Origin: an uncultured Candidatus Micrarchaeota archaeon
Lineage (GTDB): Archaea > Micrarchaeota > Micrarchaeia > Anstonellales > Bilamarchaeaceae
NCBI GenBank assembly: GCA_963714085.1
Contig: OY970229.1
Span: 1,344,001-1,408,000 of the forward strand
Length of the DNA stretch: 64,000 bases
Direction: 5' to 3'
The stretch's first letter is position 1. The number at the start of each line of letters is the position of its first letter. This document shows, piece by piece, positions 8,550 through 17,103 of the stretch. The notes under the pieces were generated by a model. That model was not told where the DNA came from. It searched no databases and saw only the letters and a list, made by a program, of their open reading frames with translations. The position numbers and the translations under genes are program-made.

Positions 8550-9977
8550 TCAAATCTTCTTAACCGTTCCCCTGTTGCCGTCCACTTCCACCATGTCCCC
8601 GGTCCTTATCGCCTTTGTCGCGATCTTGGTCCCCACGACGCAGGGGATGCCGAATTCGCGGGATATCACCGCAGCGTGGCAGAGGATTCCGCCTTCGTTG
8701 GTGACGACCGCGGCGGCCTTTTTCATGGCTGTCACGAAATCAGGGGTCGTCATGGAGGTGACAAGGACCTCCCCGGGATTGATTTTCGCGGCTTCGGAGG
8801 CGCTCATGGTCACCAAAGCCCTCCCCCTCGCGATGCCGCCGCTCGCAGGCGCGCCGCCCAGCTCCAGCTGCTCAGAGTCGTGCCTTATGTGCGGGTCGAG
8901 GCGTTTCCATGCATCCGCAGCATCCTCGCTGAAGCATTCGATGGCATCCTTGTCCGGCCGCCAGACCGCGAGGAAACTGCGCATCCGCTTCCCGAGCAGC
9001 GAGGTGTCGAAACTTCCATCCAGGATCCCCTGCACTTCCGAGGCCATGCTGTATTTCATGGCCTTGAGGGCAAGCCCCTTCCTCCGCCCGATCTCCGCCA
9101 GGACCGAATCAAGGTGGTGGAGCGCCTTCATGATGTACTCCTTGCGGTAATCCTGGTACCAGGCGAAGAATTCCAGGAGCTCTATGAGCTTACGCTGCTC
9201 CTGCGTCAGCTTCAGGCTTTCCATGAGTTGCTGCTTCTTTTCAAGGATTGCATGGAATTCTTTTTTGGTCTTCTCCAGGTAGGCGGTCGGATCGCCGTTC
9301 TTCAAAAGCAGGATGAGCTGGGAGCTGAAGAAATCCATCCCTAAAATTTCAGTGGAGAAATAATTGTTGTGCAGCCAGAAGTACTTCCGCGCATGGCCGC
9401 GTAAATCGCTTTCAACATCCGCGCCGTCCTGCGCCTTGATCGCGATGGAAAGCAGGTCTTTGAGCTCCCTCATGGAGAACGACTCGCGGGGAGAGATGGT
9501 GAGCGCAGAAAGCTGCGCGTCGATGTCCTTCTCCGCGACGCCTTTCTCACTGAGCAGTACGCGCACCTGCCGCTCTCCGTCCAGGCCCACAGGCTCGACC
9601 AGCGCGCCAGGGACGAACCATTCCACGAGGCCCCTCTTGATGAGCAGGTAGTGGTCGAAGAGCCCGCGTTCGGTGAGCTTTGCGAGGTCTGCTTGTTGCG
9701 AGGTTTCGAATATCCGGTCGAGCTTCTGCGCTGTACGTGCTATGTCCTGCTCCAGCGCCTTCCTCTTTTCTGGTTTCAGGCAGGCCGATATAAGGTGCCT
9801 GCCATAGTCCTCCAATTCATCAAGAGGGGTCATCCAGTGTATGATGTCGCCTTTGTAGTGCAGGTACGTCGTCGGCCATGGCCTTCCGCAGTAGTCCCTC
9901 GTCGGCTTCGCCCATGCCTCCATGCAGAGGAGTATCGGGTGGACGGTGGCTTCCCGCTCCCATTCGAACCATCGCAT
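8550..9977 (-). CDS. PEP-utilizing enzyme mobile (phosphohistidine) domain protein lacking an ATP-grasp domain
   Basis: C-terminal GEVLVTSMTTPDF..VTNEGGILCHAAVISREFGIPCVVG..VEVDGNRG; helical N-terminal ~360 aa. Confidence 0.88.
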   Translation of the reverse strand: MRWFEWEREATVHPILLCMEAWAKPTRDYCGRPWPTTYLHYKGDIIHWMTPLDELEDYGRHLISACLKPEKRKALEQDIARTAQKLDRIFETSQQADLAKLTERGLFDHYLLIKRGLVEWFVPGALVEPVGLDGERQVRVLLSEKGVAEKDIDAQLSALTISPRESFSMRELKDLLSIAIKAQDGADVESDLRGHARKYFWLHNNYFSTEILGMDFFSSQLILLLKNGDPTAYLEKTKKEFHAILEKKQQLMESLKLTQEQRKLIELLEFFAWYQDYRKEYIMKALHHLDSVLAEIGRRKGLALKAMKYSMASEVQGILDGSFDTSLLGKRMRSFLAVWRPDKDAIECFSEDAADAWKRLDPHIRHDSEQLELGGAPASGGIARGRALVTMSASEAAKINPGEVLVTSMTTPDFVTAMKKAAAVVTNEGGILCHAAVISREFGIPCVVGTKIATKAIRTGDMVEVDGNRGTVKKI

Positions 9978-10591
9978 CAGCTCACGCTCCTGCCCGCCAG
10001 TCGCTGGCTGAAGTACTGTTTTTTCGGCAAGCCCAGCTCTTCCCTAACGGAGACGATGCGCCTGTAATAATGGCCGCGCATGGCTTCCGGCTTGTATTCG
10101 TATATCTCATCCCCGTAAAAGAAGGCGTCCAGCAGGTCTGCATCCTTGATCAGCTCCGCCAGTGCGCCATCCGAATATACGTGCTTGTCGCTGTGCGCCG
10201 CCACCGCTTTCTCGACTTCCGCCATCTCGTGCTCCGAGAATTGGCCGGTCTCTTCAAGCAGCGCCCGAGCGACGGGCCCGCCGAGGCGGCCATGGTCCTT
10301 GTAATTGCCGTGGATTATAACGTAGATATCATGAAGGGCCGCGGCTACGGCCGCCAGTTCCTCGTCCACGCCCCTCTTCTGCGCGAGCAGCTTCGCGAAC
10401 TGTATGACCGAAGACGAGTGCTTGAGCTCCCACTGAACCGAGCTCTCCCTGTCTTCCTGCGGCAGCTTCGAAGACAGCAGCATCTCGATAACCTTAGCCT
10501 GTATCTTTTCGCTCCTGTTCATGCCGTCGTGTACGAAATAATGGAAACCCGAAGGATTGTTCGTTTTCATGTCAACCGTGTCCATTGCCAT
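9977..10591 (-). CDS. HD-domain metal-dependent phosphohydrolase
   Basis: LKHS..AAALHDI..DHG..AHS..IKDADLLD; stop overlaps the start of the next gene. Confidence 0.9.
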   Translation of the reverse strand: MAMDTVDMKTNNPSGFHYFVHDGMNRSEKIQAKVIEMLLSSKLPQEDRESSVQWELKHSSSVIQFAKLLAQKRGVDEELAAVAAALHDIYVIIHGNYKDHGRLGGPVARALLEETGQFSEHEMAEVEKAVAAHSDKHVYSDGALAELIKDADLLDAFFYGDEIYEYKPEAMRGHYYRRIVSVREELGLPKKQYFSQRLAGRSVS

Positions 10592-10630
10592 AGCGGATAT
10601 TGATGACTAGCGATTTATTTATTAAATCAC

Positions 10631-10651
10631 TACTACTATATGATAGTAGTA
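10631..10651. promoter_or_regulatory. Palindromic operator TACTACTAT-ATG-ATAGTAGTA in a divergent promoter
   Basis: Perfect 9-bp inverted repeat just upstream of the TrmB start, beside AT-rich gatttatttattaaatc. Confidence 0.7.
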
Positions 10652-11409
10652 TGTATGACGATATCCTACGAAAGCTCGGCATGTCTCCCAACGAGGTGAA
10701 GGCGTACCTGGCGCTACTCTCGCTAGGGAAGACCACGACCGGGCCGCTTGTGAAGAGGACTGGGATACCGTCCTCGAGGATATACGCGACGCTCGATTCC
10801 CTGGTGGAGAAGGGTGCGGTAGGGTTCGTCGTGCAGGGCAAGGTGAAATGGTTCAACGCCAACAGGCCCGAAGTCCTCGGTCACCTCATAGACCTCAAGG
10901 AGCAGGAGCTGGAGCTGACAAAGCACGAGTTCGAATCCGTGTTGCCTGGTTTGTCGGTGGAATACGCGACTGAGAAACAGACCTACAGCGTGGAGGTGCT
11001 GGAAGGCCTCAGGGGCATCAAGTCGGTCTACGATTTCTCGCTGGCTCTGCTCCGGCCCGGGGATTGCATCTATAGCCTGGGATATCCGATGCTGGCGAGC
11101 CGGCTGCTCGACGCCTATTTCAAGGATTACCACCGGAAGCTGCGCAAAAGGAGGCTCAGGGCGAAGACCATCTATGATTACGACGCCTGGTTCGCGAAGA
11201 AACGCGCTCCACGACCCCATGCGGAGGAGCGTTATCTCCCAAAGGGTATCCACACCCCCGGATTCATCCACATCGTGAAGGACTATGTCGCCATCATGGT
11301 CGTTACGGAGAAGCAGAAGACCGCCATCCTCATAAAGAACAGGGAGGTCGCGGAGAGCTATATGCAGTATTTCAACCTGATATGGGGCGTCTCGCACCGG
11401 ACACGATAG
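10651..11409 (+). CDS. TrmB-family transcriptional regulator
   Basis: LRKLGMSPNEVKAYLALL..TGIPSSRIYATLDSLVEKG HTH, coiled coil, effector domain VEVLEGLRGIKSVY. Confidence 0.92.
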   Translation: MYDDILRKLGMSPNEVKAYLALLSLGKTTTGPLVKRTGIPSSRIYATLDSLVEKGAVGFVVQGKVKWFNANRPEVLGHLIDLKEQELELTKHEFESVLPGLSVEYATEKQTYSVEVLEGLRGIKSVYDFSLALLRPGDCIYSLGYPMLASRLLDAYFKDYHRKLRKRRLRAKTIYDYDAWFAKKRAPRPHAEERYLPKGIHTPGFIHIVKDYVAIMVVTEKQKTAILIKNREVAESYMQYFNLIWGVSHRTR

Positions 11410-11538
11410 AAAATCAGAATGCGTTCGTCTCGTCCTCTCTTCTCTATTGCCAGCACGCAGCGGTAAGCCCTGCCCATATTCGATATAAAATTAGAGAAAC
11501 AGCAACAATTTAAAAATGGTTTCCAGTATCATAAAAGC

Positions 11539-13026
11539 ATGGATATGACTTTGCCTAGTTACATCACGATAGAGCGCGGAGAGTCGACCTCGATTTGCAC
11601 GATAACCCTTGGCCGGGTCGTGCAGCAGCCTGTAGAGTATGGGGTCTCCGGAGACGGGATTCGCGGCGGGGTCGGAATGGCGAAAAAGCCATGCGCCAGC
11701 TATGACATTTCGCTGCTTGTAGGGAACATCTTCGGCAGCCAGGCATTGGATTCCGCAGACGTATGGGAAGGTCAGGGTGCCTGGAGGGGCGGCGGTTTTG
11801 GGGGCGGCTACACGAGCGACAATAATTCACGGACAACAATCGACTTTTTCGTGGGCCTGAGCCGCGAAGTCCTCCATATAGAATTCGAAACCGAGATGGA
11901 GAATCCGCTCGATTACATCCCGCCTTGGTCGGACAAAGAGAAAAGGCAGGTCATCACCATAAAAGCCAGGAATAAAATGATGGAAACGATGCTCAACCAC
12001 CCTGAATTCCTGGACATATGCAGCGTCCTTCGGGCCGGGCCGGCTGCAAGGTACAAGCCGAGAGCGCACGAGTTCAAGATGGACATTGGAAGGCCCGTGT
12101 TCCAGCCCATGGCAGGGGTTGCGATCACCGGGGCTGCCGCGCAAGGCGACGTGGCAGTGGTGTTAGGAAGAATCTACGGGGAACGGATACTCCACAATGT
12201 CGAGACTGCGACCGAAAGGCCGCGCAGGACACGGAAAATTATCGTGAAACCCCAGACGCTCAAATACCAGGGATTAGAAATCAAGCGCCCCGAACCAGTG
12301 CCGGACCAGATGGTGGAATCGACGCATTTCAGCGAGTGGAACATCGTGAGGGAGTTCACTTTCAAATCGGAAGGCAAGCCTATCACCGCGTGCTTCGAAA
12401 CTGCATTCAAGGCGGGCGAACCCGACCCCCTGCCTGCAGAAGATGCTGCGGCAAGGCAGGTAATCACGATAAAGGGCCCGAAAGACCTGGTCGAAATGGT
12501 TTCAGGATATGGAGGCCTGGAAGCTCTGTGCACTGAATTGAGAGAAAGGGACGTCGCGACGCTACAGAAAAAAGTGGCAGCTGCGACGACCGCGCCGATT
12601 CCAGACCCAAAAACGCCGCGAGGCTATGGCCCGAGATTCCCGAAGAGGACGGAATCCGGCGTTGATGAGCGTCAACCGTGTTTCAGTGACGGCATAAGCG
12701 TCCCGCCGAGGTTCAGGGACGAGCGGCAGGGCGGTTTCCACGATGACGGGCGCGGCAGGTTCGAGCGTGACCGCTCGGAGGTCTTGCAGATATGGAAAGA
12801 CGGGCATTCAGATCATAAGGGATTGCCGGGTGCCTCAAGAAGGGAAAGGGACAACAGGCGCCCGTTCAGGGAAGGCGATTTCGTGAGGCCTCCGGCGAGG
12901 TTCAGACAGCCCGAGCCTCCAAAATCGCAGTCCAAACCGCCGGCCAATACCGCTGAAGGGATCGCAAGGCTGACGATGAAACCGACCAGGCTTGGTTACG
13001 ACCGGCTCGGCAGGCGCACGCGCTAG
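11539..13026 (+). CDS. Hypothetical protein with internal domain duplication and R/P/G-rich tail
   Basis: Two FET...RQVITIK...C..LR segments; TATA-like tttaaaa upstream. Confidence 0.75.
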   Translation: MDMTLPSYITIERGESTSICTITLGRVVQQPVEYGVSGDGIRGGVGMAKKPCASYDISLLVGNIFGSQALDSADVWEGQGAWRGGGFGGGYTSDNNSRTTIDFFVGLSREVLHIEFETEMENPLDYIPPWSDKEKRQVITIKARNKMMETMLNHPEFLDICSVLRAGPAARYKPRAHEFKMDIGRPVFQPMAGVAITGAAAQGDVAVVLGRIYGERILHNVETATERPRRTRKIIVKPQTLKYQGLEIKRPEPVPDQMVESTHFSEWNIVREFTFKSEGKPITACFETAFKAGEPDPLPAEDAAARQVITIKGPKDLVEMVSGYGGLEALCTELRERDVATLQKKVAAATTAPIPDPKTPRGYGPRFPKRTESGVDERQPCFSDGISVPPRFRDERQGGFHDDGRGRFERDRSEVLQIWKDGHSDHKGLPGASRRERDNRRPFREGDFVRPPARFRQPEPPKSQSKPPANTAEGIARLTMKPTRLGYDRLGRRTR

Positions 13027-13274
13027 AATGCATTCTCTTCATCCTTCTTTCCTTCTATTACCAGCACGCAGTCTATGAACCCGTAGGCGTAATTCGCGGC
13101 TCCGAAGCTGGTGAAATAGTCCCCCTTGTCGTAGTAGTGCTTCGCATCCTTGGCGTAGTTCTCCGCCCATTCCATGACGGGCGGGTATTTCGCGTCGAGC
13201 CCGAGTTTCCTGAACTCCTCCAGTATGCGCTCGAGTTTCTTGAGGTCCTTCTCCGCGCGCGCCTTCTCGTCCAT
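13023..13274 (-). CDS. DUF357-family protein
   Basis: AENYAKDAKHYYDKGDYFTSFGAANYAYGFID. Confidence 0.88.
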   Translation of the reverse strand: MDEKARAEKDLKKLERILEEFRKLGLDAKYPPVMEWAENYAKDAKHYYDKGDYFTSFGAANYAYGFIDCVLVIEGKKDEENAF

Positions 13275-13275
13275 G

Positions 13276-13791
13276 TCAGATCTCCTGCACCAGCTCCTTG
13301 AGGTCCTTCCGTCTGGTCCGTTCAGGCTTCTCCGCTGGATATCCCACGGGGATGACCGCCACAGGGACCTCGTGCTCGCCCAGCCTCAGTATCCTGGACA
13401 CCTCGAGCGGGTCGAATCCGCCGACCCAGACGCTGCTCAGCCCCAGGGCGGTCGCTGCCAGCTGGCAGTATGCCGCGGCGATGGTCGCGTCCTGTATGGC
13501 ATAAAGCTCGTAGCCCCGCTCGGCGTACCTGGCCTCGGACTGCATCTTTTCCGCGCAGAAGACGAGCAAGGCCGGGGCATGCGCCACGGGCTCCTGCTCC
13601 ATGCAGGCGATCACCATGTCCTCCCTCGTCTTCCTGTCCCTCACCAGGAATATGCGGTACGCCTGCAGGCCCCCCGCGGAGGGCGCCAGGTTAACGGTAT
13701 CCAGCAGCCTCTTGAGCAGCTTCGGGTCTATCTTCCTGTCCTCGTAAACCCTCACCGACCTCCGTCCGTCCACGGTTTCGAAAAAGTCCAT
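13276..13791 (-). CDS. Nitroreductase family protein
   Basis: RRSVRVY, LAPSAGGLQ, LAATALGLSSVWVG, IPVGYP. Confidence 0.93.
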   Translation of the reverse strand: MDFFETVDGRRSVRVYEDRKIDPKLLKRLLDTVNLAPSAGGLQAYRIFLVRDRKTREDMVIACMEQEPVAHAPALLVFCAEKMQSEARYAERGYELYAIQDATIAAAYCQLAATALGLSSVWVGGFDPLEVSRILRLGEHEVPVAVIPVGYPAEKPERTRRKDLKELVQEI

Positions 13792-13842
13792 GCACAATAG
13801 CTTAAGCGAAACTAATAATAAACATCACGCGGAGAAGGTCAT

Positions 13843-14934
13843 ATGCCGGTCGAGAAAAAAACGGTTTCGCCAAAAGCCGGAGCCGCAAAACCTGAAACGC
13901 CGCGTGCCGTACAGCCTGGAGCGCCCGCCCCAGGCGCGGTTCAGAAAGACGGCATGTCCGATTTCATCACGGGCCCCTTCCGCAAGTGGTGGGATTTCAT
14001 CCGCATTAACCCTGTGGGTTACTGGCTGGGGCTGGTCAGGATATCGCTCGCCTCCACTCTCGTTTACGTGCTTTTCTATATCCTCATGCTAGCGGCGCTC
14101 GTAGGCGTGGTGTTCGCCCTTGGCGGGGTGGGAGAAGTGCTTAAGATGGCTCCGCTTCAGCTGGTCCTCCTCATCGCTCTTTTCGGGATCGTTTTTCTCG
14201 TAGGTTCCCTTGCCATTGCATGGCTCGCCAGTTCGATAAGCATGACATCGATCGCATATACCGATGCGCGGCTGACCGGAGGGAGCTTCTCGATATCCGA
14301 GTGCTTTTCCAGGATAAAGTACCGCGTGCTCAAGTTCCTGCTGGCTTTGACCGGGATCCTCTTCGCAGTGCGGATTCCATTGTACCTGCTGTTCGCCGCG
14401 TTCATAGCGGTTGTCATATGCATGGCCCTTGCTTCCAGCGCCTACACCGGGTTGTCGCTGGTGCTTCTCCCCTTTGGAATGATGTTCTATCTGGTATTCT
14501 ATCTCCTCGTCCTGATGTACATCTTTCTCCTCTTGGTATTCTACGCGGCCTTCGCTTTCGTGGCCCAGTTCTGGCTGCTAGGGATCGTCCTTGAAGGGAA
14601 GGGCGTGGTGGTGTCCCTGAAAAGAAGCTTTGCCATCGTCAAGGCAAGCCCTCTCGAATCGTTCCTTTTCTGCGTCTTATGGGCCATCGGGACGTGCATC
14701 GCGTCCCTGCCCATGATGGCATTCGTGTTCGTGATATACATCGGCGTTTTCGCGAGCGTATACATCGTAGCGTCGCTCGGCGTGCTCTGGGGCGGCGTGA
14801 TCGTGGCGTTCCTGTTTCTGCTGGACATGCTGATTTCTGTCCTGCTGGGCTCGATCACATCCGCTTTCAGCCAGCCGACCCAGATCCTTTTCTGGAAGAG
14901 CGCCAGGGACAGGATGGAAAAAGCGCAAGCGTAA
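13843..14934 (+). CDS. Polytopic membrane protein
   Basis: Multiple long hydrophobic helices; SLKRSFAIVK motif. Confidence 0.8.
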   Translation: MPVEKKTVSPKAGAAKPETPRAVQPGAPAPGAVQKDGMSDFITGPFRKWWDFIRINPVGYWLGLVRISLASTLVYVLFYILMLAALVGVVFALGGVGEVLKMAPLQLVLLIALFGIVFLVGSLAIAWLASSISMTSIAYTDARLTGGSFSISECFSRIKYRVLKFLLALTGILFAVRIPLYLLFAAFIAVVICMALASSAYTGLSLVLLPFGMMFYLVFYLLVLMYIFLLLVFYAAFAFVAQFWLLGIVLEGKGVVVSLKRSFAIVKASPLESFLFCVLWAIGTCIASLPMMAFVFVIYIGVFASVYIVASLGVLWGGVIVAFLFLLDMLISVLLGSITSAFSQPTQILFWKSARDRMEKAQA

Positions 14935-14979
14935 AACAAAGCGGAAACGACAAGAAGCAGGCTGATGAGAAAATATAAG

Positions 14980-15095
14980 TGTCAGCAGCAGCGCGCTTTT
15001 CCGTCCGTAGGACAGTACCGGCAACGCCGTGAGGAGGCTTAACTTCTGAGTTCGAGATGGGATCAGGTGTTTCCCCCCTCCTATGGCCGCTGACA
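14980..15095 (-). rRNA. rrf: 5S rRNA
   Basis: Reverse complement GTCAGCGGCCATAG..AAACACCTGATCCCATCTCGAACTCAGAAGTTAAGC..GCTGCTGAC with paired ends. Confidence 0.95.
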
Positions 15096-15176
15096 AACAG
15101 AGGTATGTTCATATATGTTTATAAAACTGATTAGTCAAACTTGTAGCGTGTACTCCTTCTACCGGTAGGTGATTCA

Positions 15177-16328
15177 GTGCAGGAACAATTCGCCACACAA
15201 CCGCAACCGATTCCCGGACCATCGGCCCCAGAGCCGGTCATAGCAGCGCAGGCCACGGCAGAGCCCAAGGAAGCCAAGTCGCTAAGCGACGACGAGGAGA
15301 TACTCAAGTTCATAGAGGAGACCAAGCAGAGGATATACATCGTGGGCGCGGGAGGGAGCGGCAGCAACACGCTCGACCGGCTTTTCGACCTCGGCACCTC
15401 GGGCGTCAACCTGATAGCCATGAACACCGATGCCAAGCACCTGCTCAGGGTGCGCGCCAACAAGAAGATAATACTGGGCAAGCAGGTGAGCAAGGGAAGG
15501 GGGGCCGGCTCGAACCCTGCGGTGGGGGAGAAGGCCGCGCAGGAGTCCATAGAAGAGATAAAGGGGGCCATCGGAGATGCGGCCCTGGTGTTCATAACCT
15601 GCGGCATGGGCGGAGGCACGGGCACGGGCTCGGCGCCGGTCATAGCCGAGGCCGCGAAGAAAGCGGGCGCGCTCACCGTGGCGGTGGTCACCCTCCCATT
15701 CGCATCCGAGGGCAAGATCCGCATGGAGAACGCGCTCCAGGGCCTAGACAAGCTGCGCAAGCAGACCGACACCCTCATAGTGATAAAGAACGACAAGCTG
15801 CTCAACCTGGTCCCGGACCTGCCGCTCAACACCGCGTTCAAGGTCTGCGACGAGGTGCTCGCGGGCTCCGTGAAGGGCATAGCCGAGCTGGTCACGAAAT
15901 CCGGCCTGGTGAACGTGGACTTCGCGGACCTGCGGACCATCCTCTCAGAGGCGGGCTTCGCGGCGATAGGCCTGGGCGAGGCGTCGCTGGACGCGAAGCA
16001 CGAGGACCGCGCGAGGGTGGCGGTGGAGACCGCGCTGACCTCGCCGCTCCTGGACGCTGACATAAGCTCCAGCAGCAGGGCGCTGATAAACGTCATAGGC
16101 GGCGAGGACATGACGCTCAAGGAGGCCGAGTACATAGTGGCCGAGACCTCCAAGCGCATAAGCCCCAACGCGCACATAATCTGGGGCGCGCGGGTTGAGG
16201 GGAACATAAAAAAATCTTCCATGCGAGTGCTGGTCGTGCTCGCCGGGGTGAAATTCCCGAAGTACGACTATGTGCCCAAGGACGGCAACGTGGAGGTCGA
16301 GAACCTCGACCTTGACCTCATAGGATGA
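15177..16328 (+). CDS. ftsZ: Cell division protein FtsZ
   Basis: GAGGSGSN, GMGGGTGTG, LVNVDFADL. Confidence 0.98.
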   Translation: MQEQFATQPQPIPGPSAPEPVIAAQATAEPKEAKSLSDDEEILKFIEETKQRIYIVGAGGSGSNTLDRLFDLGTSGVNLIAMNTDAKHLLRVRANKKIILGKQVSKGRGAGSNPAVGEKAAQESIEEIKGAIGDAALVFITCGMGGGTGTGSAPVIAEAAKKAGALTVAVVTLPFASEGKIRMENALQGLDKLRKQTDTLIVIKNDKLLNLVPDLPLNTAFKVCDEVLAGSVKGIAELVTKSGLVNVDFADLRTILSEAGFAAIGLGEASLDAKHEDRARVAVETALTSPLLDADISSSSRALINVIGGEDMTLKEAEYIVAETSKRISPNAHIIWGARVEGNIKKSSMRVLVVLAGVKFPKYDYVPKDGNVEVENLDLDLIG

Positions 16329-16339
16329 ACGGTGATTGT

Positions 16340-16501
16340 TTGGAAACGATGGAACTGATAAGGAGATGCGTCAGGATATTGCACATAGCCAGGAAGCCGA
16401 CCTCCCAGGAGTTCGAGACGGTCGCAAAGGTGACTTCGCTCGGCATGGTGGTCTTCGGCCTCATAGGGCTGATAATCACGTTCGTGCTCAATTCGTTCTG
16501 A
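16340..16501 (+). CDS. secE: Protein translocase subunit SecE/Sec61-gamma
   Basis: Manual translation ..MELIRRCVRILHIARKPTSQEFETVAKVTSLGMVVFGLIGLII..; conserved ftsZ-secE-spt5 order; start TTG 16340 or ATG 16349. Confidence 0.92.
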   Translation: METMELIRRCVRILHIARKPTSQEFETVAKVTSLGMVVFGLIGLIITFVLNSF

Positions 16502-16513
16502 GGTGCTGCACAC

Positions 16514-16966
16514 ATGATATTCACTATAAGGGTGACATCCGGACAGGAAAAGATACTCTCGGAGATACTCGTGAAGAAGGCGAGGGCGGAGAGGCTTGGC
16601 ATATACTCGATAGTCCACATCGACGCGGTGAAGGGCTACCTCTTCGTGGAAGCCCCGGAGGAGAACACGGTCGTGAAGCTCATCCAGAAGGTCAAGCACG
16701 TGAAGGGCTTCCTCAGGACCCCGATAACCACCGAGGAGATAAAGAAGCTCATAACCATCACCAAGAAGCCGGCGCTCACCATCGAAGTCGGCGACATGGT
16801 CGAGATGATCTCGGGCCCGTTCAAGGGAGAGCGCGCGAGGGTGACGCAGCACGACGACGCCAAGGACGAGATAACCGTGGAGCTACTCGAGGTCGCGGTG
16901 CCCATCCCCGTCACGGTGAAGGGCAAGATGGTGAGGCTCTTCCAGAAGAAAGGGGCGACGGATTAG
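16514..16966 (+). CDS. spt5: Transcription elongation factor Spt5/NusG
   Basis: RVTSGQE, KGYLFVEA, KOW GDMVEMISGPFKG. Confidence 0.97.
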   Translation: MIFTIRVTSGQEKILSEILVKKARAERLGIYSIVHIDAVKGYLFVEAPEENTVVKLIQKVKHVKGFLRTPITTEEIKKLITITKKPALTIEVGDMVEMISGPFKGERARVTQHDDAKDEITVELLEVAVPIPVTVKGKMVRLFQKKGATD

Positions 16967-17026
16967 CCCCGTTTTTCTTATTCTTTTATTCAAGGGCGTG
17001 CCCCGAAAAATAAGTTGAAAAGAAGA

Positions 17027-17097
17027 TGCGGCCACCGGGAATTGAACCCGGATCGCCAGCTTGGGAAGCTGGAATCATACCGGTAGACCATGGCCGC
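17027..17097 (-). tRNA. tRNA-Gly(CCC)
   Basis: GCGGCCA/TGGCCGC acceptor, anticodon arm CCAGC-TTCCCAA-GCTGG, T arm CCGGG-TTCAATT-CCCGG. Confidence 0.95.
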
Positions 17098-17103
17098 AAG
17101 AAT

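Noticed and set aside
14677..15112. ORFs overlapping 14980-15095
   Set aside because: Translations of the 5S rRNA gene
16336..17013. 225-aa ORF spanning secE and spt5
   Set aside because: Alternate-frame shadow of two conserved genes; such shadows are frequent in GC-rich DNA and were ignored throughout
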